DNA of 63,518 nucleotides, counting the filler, from Thermoplasmatota archaeon (lineage in GTDB: Archaea > Thermoplasmatota > E2 > JACPAO01 > JAHFTW01), in assembly GCA_041623215.1 (NCBI GenBank). It is 13 parts of 13 records of this genome, joined end to end, with 100 filler letters (N's around TTAATTAATTAA, not from the genome) between each part and the next. Parts side by side here need not be neighbours in the genome. Positions count along the whole stretch, not along the records: positions 49,408 to 54,050 come from JBFJXH010000144.1; positions 54,151 to 58,788 come from JBFJXH010000145.1; 11 more parts are not named here. One strand, 5' to 3'. This document shows positions 49,408 through 58,888 of this stretch, piece by piece. The notes under the pieces are model-generated. The model had not been told where the DNA came from and made no database searches. It saw only the letters and a list, made by a program, of their open reading frames with translations. A program made the position numbers and the translations under genes. The number at the start of each line of letters is the position of its first letter. Position 1 is the first letter of the stretch.

Positions 49408-49955
49408 AAGGTGGCATGGCGCTGCGCCATGGCCTTTTCATCCACATCTAAGCGTTCCATGAGGAGTGCAACTAGGGCGTCGAAGAACAACCAAGCACTG
49501 GTCTCAAACAAGGTCCCCAAGGGCGCCAAGCGTGCGCGGTCCCCGTTGTCTGCCGGCACGAGCAGCGGCACCGTGACGTGGGCAAGGCGCGCAATGGTTG
49601 ACTCGGGGTCCGCAGTGACCGCCACGACCCTGGCACCTTGTTTTCGCCCCAATTCAGCTGTCATGACCACAGGGTAGGTTTCGCCGCTGCCACTGACGCA
49701 GATGACCACATCGTCCCCCTGGACAGGTGCGGTAATGGTTTCGCCAATGACGTAGGTTTGGTAGCCCAAGTGGATCAGTCGCACCGCAAATGCACGGGCC
49801 ACAAAGCCCGACCGGCCGCGGCCATAGAGAAAGACGCGACGCGCAGGGGTCAGAGCGTCGAGCAAGGCATCCAATCGTTCGGCGGGCACCTTGGATGCGG
49901 TGTCGCGGGTCGCTGTGTGGACATAGTCGAGGGCGGCGTCTAGCGCAGCCGTCAT
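49408..49955 (-). CDS. hxlB: 6-phospho-3-hexuloisomerase (SIS domain); last codons lie in the spacer
   Basis: GRGRSG, FAVRLIHLG, VIGETITAP, SGSGET, APLGTLFE, RHAT. Confidence 0.92.
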
Positions 49956-49961
49956 GCCTCA

Positions 49962-51392
49962 CTACTCCTGCTTGACGCGAATCGTCGGCTGCCCGCTCTT
50001 CATGTAGGCCACCTCATGGGTATCAGGGACCTTGAAAACGAGGCTGTAGCCGTCTTTCTTCTCGCGCATGAAACGCATGGCGTTGTCCTTGCGGTACAAC
50101 TTCCAGTCGTCAACCTGAACCTGGCGGCGTCCGGTGTCATCGGACTGGATGACCTTCGGGGTGCGAAGGTGCGGCGGGTCGCGAAGAAGCGGGACGCCCT
50201 GGTGGCTGTATTCCACGACCTTGTCATCGGGGACCTTGAACACCACAGAGTAGCCGTCCTTCTTCTGCTTCATGAAAACAAAGCGGTTGCCTTGCCGGTA
50301 GAGCTTGTAATCATCGACCTGCACTTGGCGGCGGCCCGAGTCGTCTGATTGGATGACTTCTGGCTTGTCGCCCGGCCCCTTCTTGGCTGCCTCTGCGGCG
50401 GCCTTCTCGGCAGCTAGGCGGGCCTTTTCGGCCTCCTTTTCGGCCTTGAGGCGGGCTTTCTCCTCCTCTTTTTCCTGCCGCCGCTGCTCGGCTTCCAGGC
50501 GGCGCTCTTCTTCCCGCTTGGCCTTCTCGGCAGCCTCCTCAGCCTCGCGGATTTCGCGGGCGATGCGGGCGTCGCGGCGATCCTTGACGCGGTCGAACAC
50601 GATGTTCATGTACATGGCGTCGTGCTCGAGGATGGGGCTGGTCGAGAGAATCGTGCAGTCGTAGTTGTTCTCGAGCAGAACCTCACAAAGGGGTTCGAAC
50701 TTGAGGTCGCCCTTCTTGATGGGAAGCCGGTAACGGGCGTTGCCATTTTCGTACAGGACACCTGTGAAGTGAATGAGGTAGTGGTCCAAGCGGAGACTGT
50801 CGAGTCGGTCGAAGACCATCTTGAAGTCTTCTGGCTCTTGCAGAATGCCATTGCCGCGCGCATGGATGTGGGCGAAGTCCACCACCGGAACTAGGCCCTT
50901 GACGCGACTGCAAACCTCAACCACTTCGTCCAGGGAACCGAACACGTTGCGCTTGCCCATGACCTCGATGCCGAGGCGGGGCTTCCAGCCCTCGCTCACG
51001 AAGACGTTGCGGATATTGCGGATATTCTTGACCATCCGCGTCATGGTCTCTTCCTTGGAGAGTTCTCCGTAGAAGCCCGGGTGGAAAACGACGGTTTCGG
51101 CGCCCATCTCGTGGCCCAATTTGCCGGCGGCGAGAATCTTGCTGATGCTCATCTCGACGTTTTGGTCGTCCCCGGCCAGATTGATGTAGTAGGGGGCTTT
51201 GCAGTGAATCTCGATGTTGGCTTCCCGCGCCACCTCGCCAACCTTCTGAGCCTCCTCTTCGGTCATGCGGATGCCGCGGACAAATTGCACCTCCATGGCG
51301 TCCAATTCCAGGTTCCGCGTGTAGATGACGCCGTCGCGCGCCGTGCGGCCTTTACAGGAGAGTGGGATGCCGGCTGGACCGAAGCGAATCAT
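49962..51392 (-). CDS. endonuclease IV-like TIM barrel, probably degenerate, with coiled coil and two tandem C-terminal repeats
   Basis: IRFGPAGIP, EVQFVRG, APYYINL, FHPG, DFAHIHAR; several metal ligands substituted; extension of about 190 aa. Confidence 0.85.
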   Translation of the reverse strand: MIRFGPAGIPLSCKGRTARDGVIYTRNLELDAMEVQFVRGIRMTEEEAQKVGEVAREANIEIHCKAPYYINLAGDDQNVEMSISKILAAGKLGHEMGAETVVFHPGFYGELSKEETMTRMVKNIRNIRNVFVSEGWKPRLGIEVMGKRNVFGSLDEVVEVCSRVKGLVPVVDFAHIHARGNGILQEPEDFKMVFDRLDSLRLDHYLIHFTGVLYENGNARYRLPIKKGDLKFEPLCEVLLENNYDCTILSTSPILEHDAMYMNIVFDRVKDRRDARIAREIREAEEAAEKAKREEERRLEAEQRRQEKEEEKARLKAEKEAEKARLAAEKAAAEAAKKGPGDKPEVIQSDDSGRRQVQVDDYKLYRQGNRFVFMKQKKDGYSVVFKVPDDKVVEYSHQGVPLLRDPPHLRTPKVIQSDDTGRRQVQVDDWKLYRKDNAMRFMREKKDGYSLVFKVPDTHEVAYMKSGQPTIRVKQE

Positions 51393-51526
51393 GGGGGCGG
51401 AGCCGGCGACGCGGGGCTCCTTCAAAAAGGGGAGCCACGCTCGCCAGGAAGGAACCTACGCTTCCTTTGGAGCTTCAACGACATGGCCTATAAGTGGTGG
51501 GCCAATGGAGAACCATAGGGGAAGCC

Positions 51527-52927
51527 ATGGCAGCTCCATCGGATGCACTTCGCGCGACGCTCGACCGACTTGCCATCCCGGCGGAAGCCCTGGATGACCG
51601 AGAGTATCTCATCAGCATGCTGAGGCGCCTCGGTTACACAGAGCGCCAAATTGAGATGGAATTGGGAATCAAACTTGACGGGAGCGAATCCAAGACGATC
51701 GAATTGGAGTACAGCGAGGAGGCACCCGAGCCGGAACCGGTCATTGAGGAACCGCCCGCGCCGTCAGCCACGAGCAAGAAAGTGGAAACCGTAACGGTAG
51801 AGGAGCGCGTCGAAGCGACCGCGTCGGCGACGCCGGCCCCACCCGAACCATTGCCGGAACCGGAGCCAGAAGACCTGCTGGATTTCTCGCCGCCCGCATC
51901 CCAGACTCCTTCGTGGGAGCGGGTGCAAAAGACCACGACAACCACCGAACGCGCGGCACGCCAAGACGCCTGGGTTCGCGGCGACGCAGCTTCCGCCAGT
52001 CAGTTTGCCTACAAGGTGGACTACCGCCTTTACTACCGAGATGTGAAGCTGCCCACGGGCCGCGTGCAGCGCATCTACTTCTTCAGCCGCTCGACTCCCA
52101 AGGTCGGCGTGCCGTGCGGCCTGCCAGAAGGCTACGAAGTGTGTGAAAACTCGCGCACCGGCCTGCCGTTTCTTGCCCGCATTGACGAAGCGGAGGCGCT
52201 CCGGGTCGAAGCCGCCGAATCGGAACTGGCGGCCTCACGGCGCAAAGGCATCTTTGGTGGGCGCCGCCGCAGCCAAGGCGTCATCGCCAGCGGCCCTGTC
52301 CCTGAACCCGGGGAAGACCAAGGCGGCGATGAGTGGGGAGTTGCTGATGACGACGATGTCGCTTCCGAACCGGAGGCGCTGCCGGCCACGGCAGCCGCCA
52401 ACGCCAGTGGCGGCCAGTGGGAACTGGTGGACAGCGACGCCGATGGCACGCCGGCCGAGGTGTTGCCGGCAGCAGATAGCGGAGCTAGTCCTGGCGATGA
52501 AGCGGGAACAGCCGAAGATTGGTCCGCCTGGGACGACTTCGAGGCGCCTGGCCCCGCTGAGACCGTCACGAAGGCCGCGACGGCTGACGGTGCCTTCCGC
52601 TACGGAGAATATGCGCTCTATCGGCGCGAAGTGCCTTGGAGCGGGGGCGGAACGCGCATCATTCACTTCTTTGATGACAAGCCTCCCAAGGAAGGCGAAG
52701 CTTGCGACTTGCCAGACGGCTACGAAGTCCGTGTCAACGACCGCACGGGCATGCCCTACCTGGTGCGGTCCAAAACGCCCGGCGAACGGGTCCGCGTCAA
52801 AGTGGTCCGTGCGGCAAGTCCGGAGGAAGCGGCCGAAAAGGCGCGTGCAGCCGGCCTCAACGTTCGCGGGGCAATCCCCGTTGACGTCAATGCAGATGAC
52901 CTGCCAGGCGAGGCGAAGGAGCCATGA
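51527..52927 (+). CDS. acidic low-complexity protein with two copies of a small YxLY...FF...LPxGYEV...TGxP domain
   Basis: Repeats at about 52010-52180 and 52595-52770, separated by Pro/Glu/Asp-rich linkers. Confidence 0.8.
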   Translation: MAAPSDALRATLDRLAIPAEALDDREYLISMLRRLGYTERQIEMELGIKLDGSESKTIELEYSEEAPEPEPVIEEPPAPSATSKKVETVTVEERVEATASATPAPPEPLPEPEPEDLLDFSPPASQTPSWERVQKTTTTTERAARQDAWVRGDAASASQFAYKVDYRLYYRDVKLPTGRVQRIYFFSRSTPKVGVPCGLPEGYEVCENSRTGLPFLARIDEAEALRVEAAESELAASRRKGIFGGRRRSQGVIASGPVPEPGEDQGGDEWGVADDDDVASEPEALPATAAANASGGQWELVDSDADGTPAEVLPAADSGASPGDEAGTAEDWSAWDDFEAPGPAETVTKAATADGAFRYGEYALYRREVPWSGGGTRIIHFFDDKPPKEGEACDLPDGYEVRVNDRTGMPYLVRSKTPGERVRVKVVRAASPEEAAEKARAAGLNVRGAIPVDVNADDLPGEAKEP

Positions 52928-53301
52928 GCGACAACGCCATTCGCATTCAACTGCGGCACCAAGGCGGCTCGCCAGGTGCATCCGGGGTGCAACCGGTGGA
53001 CCTCGTCATTGAGCGTCGCCTGACCACGGGGGGCCTTGTCGGCCGCGCGCTCGTCATGGCAGGCGCCATCCTCCTTGCTATTGCGGCCTTAATCTTCCTT
53101 GTCAATTACGAAGCTGCCTGGGTCACGCGCAGCTTGACAAGGGATGCCGTGCTGCGCGTTCAAGAGTGGCTCGTGGTGCTCGTTGCCATTGGCGCATCGT
53201 TACTGGGCGGGGGCATGGCGTGGTGGCAAGCCGGCTTCGAACACGTGGGTCGCCTGGAGGGGGGCGAAGGACTCGACCCGATGGAGGTGCCTCGTGCCTG
53301 A
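52924..53301 (+). CDS. two-TM hypothetical membrane protein
   Basis: ATGA-coupled to the upstream gene; GRA...FLVNYEAAW. Confidence 0.7.
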   Translation: MSDNAIRIQLRHQGGSPGASGVQPVDLVIERRLTTGGLVGRALVMAGAILLAIAALIFLVNYEAAWVTRSLTRDAVLRVQEWLVVLVAIGASLLGGGMAWWQAGFEHVGRLEGGEGLDPMEVPRA

Positions 53302-54050
53302 ACTGGAGTTCGAGAGTGACGACCAAGCATGGATCTTGGAGGAAGGCCCGAGCCGCCCTGGCCGGCCGGCCACGGCAACCGGTTCTTTCGACCACGCCAT
53401 GGCTGGTGCTGCGGGGGGATCAGCCCGAGACTTCCTAGTCATCTACGACGACCAACCCACAGAGGTCGAATTCCTAGAAGGCCACGACCATGCGGCGACG
53501 ACGCTCCATCAAGGGACCATCACGGTCCCCGCCGATGACCGCATTGTCGTTGACTTGCACGACGCCTTGGACGAGCTTCGCAAATCCGTCGGCGACATCT
53601 CCGACGTCCAGATTCGAGAGCGGACGGACGCCCTGGGCTCCACCGGGCGAGCCGTGGCCACCCTCGGTGCCGCTGTTGGCTTGCTGGCCACAATCACGTT
53701 CCTGGTATGGTATCCGGCAGCCTGGAATGGAGCGGCTAGCTCGGCAACGGCCCGAAGCGTGATTGTCAACCTGCACGCCGGCGCGGCCTTGGCTGCTGCG
53801 GCCTTGCTGGCCGTCGGCAATGTCATGGCCATCCGTGGTCGTCGCATCCAGGCGCGCGCCGTGCTTCGCCATGCCAAGGCCGCTACCGCTAGCGATGTCG
53901 CGGGCGCGATGAATGCATCCCCGGCCCTTGCGCCGGCCGACCAACACGCAGGGCCCCGCCTGACAAAGCCACCCGCCGCCGACGTTGCCATTTCCTGGAA
54001 GAATCCGGACCGGGACGCCCAGCAGTGGCTTGAAGAGACTCCGACGAAGC
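53294..54050 (+). CDS. two-TM hypothetical protein with a TM pair paralogous to the previous gene; 3' truncated
   Basis: GRA...FLVWYPAAW; acidic N-terminus. Confidence 0.7.
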
Positions 54051-54150
54051 NNNNNNNNNNNNNNNNNNNNNNNNNNNNNNNNNNNNNNNNNNNNTTAATT
54101 AATTAANNNNNNNNNNNNNNNNNNNNNNNNNNNNNNNNNNNNNNNNNNNN

Positions 54151-54435
54151 ATCGTGTTCTTTGAGATGGGTTTCGATGGTCATGGAGCCGTCGGCCGGGC
54201 CCTGGACGAGTCGGGTTGGTGGCTCCACGTGTGCGAAGCTGCCCTCGGCCACATGCTCGCCGTTGGGGCCTGGCATGTGCATGCGGAAGCGGCCTCCCGG
54301 CCGTACATCCAGCTCGTCAATCGTCCAATTGACGGGCCCGGGGCTGTACCACTGCTGTAGTTTTTCAGCCTGCGTCCAAGCATCCCAGACGGCTTGGATC
54401 GACGCGTCAAGCTGCCGGCTCATGGAGAAGCTCAT
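54151..54435 (-). CDS. SRPBCC/AHSA1 domain protein, 3' truncated
   Basis: VWDAWT...LQQWYSP...LDVRPGGRFR...VEPPTRLV. Confidence 0.88.
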
Positions 54436-54491
54436 GGCATAGAATCTGGGCGAGGGCGCTTAATGCGTCCGGTCTGCCAGATTGCCATCAG

Positions 54492-54923
54492 CTAGGCTGC
54501 AATCGCCTTGGCTTCCACGCCGGCCAGCATGTCCCGCATGGCGCGTCGCATCGTCATGTTGGCCATCCATCCGGTCAACACGCCGCCAATCATGGCCGCA
54601 TCCCAAGATGCGGTTAGCATGGTGTCTCCATCCAAGTCCTCCAAGCTGAACGTTGCCACCATTTTGTTCATGGGGAGCTTGCGAAATTCCGTGGCCTCAA
54701 ATTGCAGGGTCTTGCCGTGGTCCCAGGCAGTAATTTCTTCGTTGACGCCACGCCCGCCGCCAAACTCGCAGGCGCGCTGGCCGCCGACACCCTGGATGTC
54801 GTTGAGGGCCGCGGAAGACTCGATGCCCTTGTTGATTGCTACGACGTTGCCATAGTCGGCCAGAAGATTCCATACTGCATCGCGCGGGGCCGGGATGAGG
54901 CGGCTCACTGTGCCGGTTGCCAT
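54492..54923 (-). CDS. SRPBCC (polyketide cyclase-like) protein
   Basis: IPAPRDAVWNLLADY, GVGGQRAC, EEITAWD. Confidence 0.88.
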   Translation of the reverse strand: MATGTVSRLIPAPRDAVWNLLADYGNVVAINKGIESSAALNDIQGVGGQRACEFGGGRGVNEEITAWDHGKTLQFEATEFRKLPMNKMVATFSLEDLDGDTMLTASWDAAMIGGVLTGWMANMTMRRAMRDMLAGVEAKAIAA

Positions 54924-55133
54924 GGCGAGGCATCTTGCTGCCGGGAAAAGAGTGCGCGATAGGTTACCTTGGCCCGCACGCCAGGAGAGGTGCCTCGGCC
55001 AGCCCGGCTTCGCGGCAGCTTGATGGGAGCTGCATGGTTTGTTTCCTGGTCCGCAGGTTCTCCCATCCCGTGCATACAGCTTTACCTGCCTGCTCGTTTG
55101 GATACATGGTCCGAAAGACCCAGAGTGATTTGC

Positions 55134-55427
55134 ATGGATTTTCTGTATCTGTACCAAGGAGGCTCGATGCCCGAAACGCCGGAAGGCATGGAAGAAATGA
55201 CGGCCAAGTGGCAGGCGTATTACGCCAAGCTGGGCGACAACCTATCCGGCGGCGGAGCCCCGTTTGGTGACCGGGCCCACGTCGGTCCCGCCAAGCCGTC
55301 CGCCGTAACCGGCTACACGCAAATCAAAGCCAACGACCTCGAACATGCCCAGGCTCTGACCGAGGGCCACCCGCACTTGGACTATGGCGGGGGCATTGAA
55401 GTGGTCCACTGCATGGACATGAACTAG
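55134..55427 (+). CDS. YciI/DGPF-like protein
   Basis: FLYLY...W..Y...LG...GAPF...VTGY..IKA.DL..A...HPHL..GG.IEV. Confidence 0.8.
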   Translation: MDFLYLYQGGSMPETPEGMEEMTAKWQAYYAKLGDNLSGGGAPFGDRAHVGPAKPSAVTGYTQIKANDLEHAQALTEGHPHLDYGGGIEVVHCMDMN

Positions 55428-55966
55428 ACGTCTGCGGCGGCAGCGGGGCGAGGTCGATACCGTAGCTCAGCGTAGCCCGGCCCAAGTTCTCGGGCACTGA
55501 CGAGGTCGAACACCGCGTCCCTGGGTAGTAGCGGCTTGCCGGTGCCTAGCGTAGTGCTGGCGACGGTGAGGATGATTTCCTCCAGCAGGCCGGCGTCAAG
55601 GAATTGTCCTGCCAGCTCCCCGCCGCCTGCCACCCACACATCCTTGCGGCCCGCTACTTGTTGCATGGCTTCGTAAGCATCTTCGACGGCCCCCGATACG
55701 AAATGAATGGTGGCGCCGTCAGGGACCGGCCAGGTTTGAGTCGTGAAGACCCAGCACGGCACTTCGTATGGCCATGGGTTGCCCGCCTCGACGTGGCGCA
55801 AGATGAACGCGTAGGTGGCCGATCCCATGCAAATGGCGCCAACCTTCTCGATGAATGGTGTATAGGTGTCAACCGTCATCTTAGGGTGGTTGTCGAGCCA
55901 ATCGAGACCGTCGTCGGCGTCGGCAATGTAGCCGTCGATGCTGGCTGCGACGTAGTACTTCGCCAC
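55424..55966 (-). CDS. dihydrofolate reductase family (RibD C-terminal-like) protein
   Basis: YVAASIDGYIA, MGSATY, VWVAGGG, LGTGKPL. Confidence 0.9.
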   Translation of the reverse strand: MAKYYVAASIDGYIADADDGLDWLDNHPKMTVDTYTPFIEKVGAICMGSATYAFILRHVEAGNPWPYEVPCWVFTTQTWPVPDGATIHFVSGAVEDAYEAMQQVAGRKDVWVAGGGELAGQFLDAGLLEEIILTVASTTLGTGKPLLPRDAVFDLVSARELGPGYAELRYRPRPAAAADV

Positions 55967-56092
55967 GCCCGCGCAACCGCGAGCTCAGAGAAACAAGTTT
56001 GGATAGGCCGCCGGCCCCGCGGGCTCTGTGCGGGGGGCCGACACCGCCTCACGATGAGCCATCGAGGGCTAGGGCGGTGGGCATCCAGGCGG

Positions 56093-56263
56093 TTAGGCCG
56101 CCATGCAGCAATCGCATTCGCAATCTTCCCGATCAAAATGAACTTGGGCCATGAATTCCTGCAATTCATGTTCACTCACGGGCGTTGAATGCTTGGCTTC
56201 CCACTGCTCTACCAGCAGTTGCACGTCGTCTTCGTGGCACATGGCGCGCGGGTACTCGTCCAT
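56093..56263 (-). CDS. small acidic protein, 56 aa, with C-terminal CECDCC
   Basis: Manual ORF MDEYPRAMCHEDD...FDREDCECDCCMAA*; TTTAA box about 25 nt upstream; below the ORF-track cutoff. Confidence 0.65.
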   Translation of the reverse strand: MDEYPRAMCHEDDVQLLVEQWEAKHSTPVSEHELQEFMAQVHFDREDCECDCCMAA

Positions 56264-56399
56264 GGCGCGGCACCGTTGCCGCTCGGCTTAAATCGTGCGC
56301 GCCAAGGGGCTGGGCAGGTCAACAAGCGTAGGCCAAGATTACCGAAGCTGGGTGCAAGTGGAGGGCGGATTGTTTTCAGGCTGTGGGGGGTCCGCCACC

Positions 56400-57113
56400 A
56401 TGGACGCTGAACTGGCGGCTCTGCGTCGGGCCGGGTTGACCGACTATGAGGCAAGGGCCTATGCGGCGCTCTTGTCGTTGGGTGAATCGGGCGCTTCGGG
56501 TGTGGCCGAGTCGGCGCGCATCCCCCGAACCAAGGTGTATGCGGTACTCGATGGACTCGTGGCAGGCGGATGGGCGGAGGTGTCGGAGGGTCGGCCGCGC
56601 AGCTACGCGGCTTGTTCCCCTCGTGACTGCCTCGACCGTGCGCGTCTCCAGGCGGACGAAATCATGGAACGGGGGCTGACGACATTGGAAGCGCGTTTCC
56701 AACACCGCGATGAGCAGTTTGCCGGGCAACTGTGGATTCTCAGGGGGGTGGAAGCTATGCGGCGGCGGGCGACGGCGATGCTTCGAAGCGCGCGACAGGA
56801 GGTGTTTCTCGGCGCAGCCATGGCTGTCCCGCCTCCTTCGGACCTGGTCGTTGAAGTTCAGGATGCGGCAAAACGCGGCGTAGCGGTACGCGCGTCGGCG
56901 GCCGACGGGACGGCGGCGGCCGAAGCTTTTGACGGCGGCGGCATTTCCAGGGCTCCCGCTTCGTTGCCTGTGCAGATTCTCCAAGTCGATGGGGCCCAGG
57001 GTCTGATTACGTTCTATCTCCCGCGGCCTGGTGGGCTTGAAATTCGCTCCGTTTGGAATCCCAATCCGTCCATGGCGTCACTGATGGCCGAGGCGTTCCG
57101 AGTCCTTCGCTAG
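56400..57113 (+). CDS. TrmB family transcriptional regulator
   Basis: GLTDYEARAYAALL...IPRTKVYAVLDGL...GRPRSY, followed by an effector-binding domain. Confidence 0.92.
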   Translation: MDAELAALRRAGLTDYEARAYAALLSLGESGASGVAESARIPRTKVYAVLDGLVAGGWAEVSEGRPRSYAACSPRDCLDRARLQADEIMERGLTTLEARFQHRDEQFAGQLWILRGVEAMRRRATAMLRSARQEVFLGAAMAVPPPSDLVVEVQDAAKRGVAVRASAADGTAAAEAFDGGGISRAPASLPVQILQVDGAQGLITFYLPRPGGLEIRSVWNPNPSMASLMAEAFRVLR

Positions 57114-57121
57114 TCTCGTTT

Positions 57122-57137
57122 TCACTTGTCTTAGTGA
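57122..57137 (+). promoter_or_regulatory. palindrome TCACT-N6-AGTGA upstream of the MFS gene, candidate TrmB operator
   Basis: Perfect 5-bp inverted repeat just upstream of the TATA-like GTTATG. Confidence 0.4.
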
Positions 57138-57174
57138 CACCAACGTTATGGATGAGTCCCAATGACGTGGCATC

Positions 57175-58788
57175 GTGGACCCCCGCGTACACGACCGTCG
57201 CTGGTACATTCTCGCCGTCCTTTGCCTCAGCCTCATCATGGTTGTACTCGGCAACTCCGTGCTGAATGTCGCGCTGCCGACGCTTGCAACCGAATTGTCT
57301 GCCAGCAACGCTGATCTGCAATGGATTGTGGATGCCTATGCGCTGGTCTTTGGTGGCCTCCTTCTAACAATGGGGGCCGTGGGCGACCGCTTTGGACGCC
57401 GCGGTGCCTTGCAAGCCGGTTTGGCCATCGTGGGTATTGCCTCCGTGGCCGCCACGTTTTCCAACAGCGCGACAACCCTCATCGCTGCCCGGGCGGTCAT
57501 GGGCCTCGGGGCGGCTTTGGTGATGCCGGCCACGCTTTCCATCATCAGCCACGTATTCCCTCCGGAGGAACGTGGCAAGGCCATGGGGATTTGGGCGGCC
57601 TTTGCCGGTATCGGCGGCGCCATTGGCCCCATCGTAGGTGGTGCCTTGCTGGAATCATTCTCCTGGAGTTCCATTTTTTGGCTCAACGTACCGGTAGTGG
57701 TCCTAGCCCTCATTGGAGCCGTCGTGATTGTCCCAACCAGCCGCGACCCACATCAGCACCGTCTGGACCTCGTAGGCGCGGTCCTCTCCATCGCAGTCTT
57801 GTCGAGTCTGCTCTTCGCCATCATCGAAGGTCCGACGAAGGGATGGCTGAGCTTCGAAGTCCTCGCCGGATTTGGTGTCGCTGCCATCACGGGACCTGCC
57901 TTTGTCCTGTGGGAACGGCGCAGACAACACCCGATGTTGCCGCTCGGCCTGTTCGGACGTCGAGGCTTCACCACGGGCAACCTGGCCATCGCCCTCGCCT
58001 TCTTTGTGATGTTCGCGTTCTTCTTCGGCATGACACAATACCTGCAATTTGTGCGGGGGTACAGTGCCCTGCAAGCCGGCGTTCGTACGCTGCCTCTGGC
58101 TGCTGGGCTCATCTTGGCCGCACCTCGCAGTGACGCCTTGGTGCGCAGAATCGGAACTCCGGGCACCGTCACCGCTGGCCTACTTCTGGTGGCCGTTGCA
58201 CTGGTGGGGCTAAGCTTCCTTGGCATGACAACGCCGTACGCATGGCTTGCCCTCGGTTTCCTAGGCCTGGGGCTTGGCATGGGCTTGGCCATGGCGCCAA
58301 GCACCACGCTCATCATGGATGATGTGCCAGCCGACAAGGCAGGCGTTGGCAGCGCCATGAATGACACGAGTCGAGAAATTGGCGGGGCATTTGGCATTGC
58401 CATTCTTGGCAGCATTGTGAATGAAATCTATCAGGCTCGCGTGGACGTTCCTGCCGGCTTACACGGCCCGGTCGATCCATCCTCGTCCCTTGGCGCCGCG
58501 CTCGCCGTCGGCCGCGCCACCGGCAATCAAGCGCTGATGGACAGCGCTCGCCTCGCGTTTGTGGAGGGCATGGGTGTCGCTTATCTGATTGCTGCAGGCA
58601 TTGCGTTTGCCTCGGCACTCGTGGTCTGGTTCTGGATGCCAAAGCGTATCGGCCAGGATTCCACGTCGCAAGGGGTGCCCGATGGCGACCCGCCGCCGGC
58701 AGCGCCGCCCGCCGCGCCTGCCCTTGCAACGCGTGGACCCGCCTCGGCAACCGTGCCATCGCAAACCATAGTCGTGAACCCCGTCCAG
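57175..58788 (+). CDS. DHA2 (EmrB/QacA) MFS efflux transporter; ends at 39927 through the contig overlap
   Basis: LNVALP, LQWIVDAYAL, GDRFGRR, GPIVGG, FWLNVP; 14-TMS pattern. Confidence 0.95.
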
Positions 58789-58888
58789 NNNNNNNNNNNN
58801 NNNNNNNNNNNNNNNNNNNNNNNNNNNNNNNNTTAATTAATTAANNNNNNNNNNNNNNNNNNNNNNNNNNNNNNNNNNNNNNNNNNNN

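Noticed and set aside
54981..55092. Cobalamin riboswitch (kissing loop, ACCTGCC ending)
   Set aside because: The core GGGAA and B12-box elements are not recognisable, and the neighbours are not B12 genes.
56093..56263. Assigning the Cys-rich peptide as precursor of the tldDE-kinase operon
   Set aside because: It is on a different contig with no evidence of linkage, and its tail has no Ser/Thr.
58648..58788. 141-nt direct repeat as a mobile-element end or gene duplication
   Set aside because: Both copies are at contig termini and joining them restores one reading frame; this is an assembly overlap.
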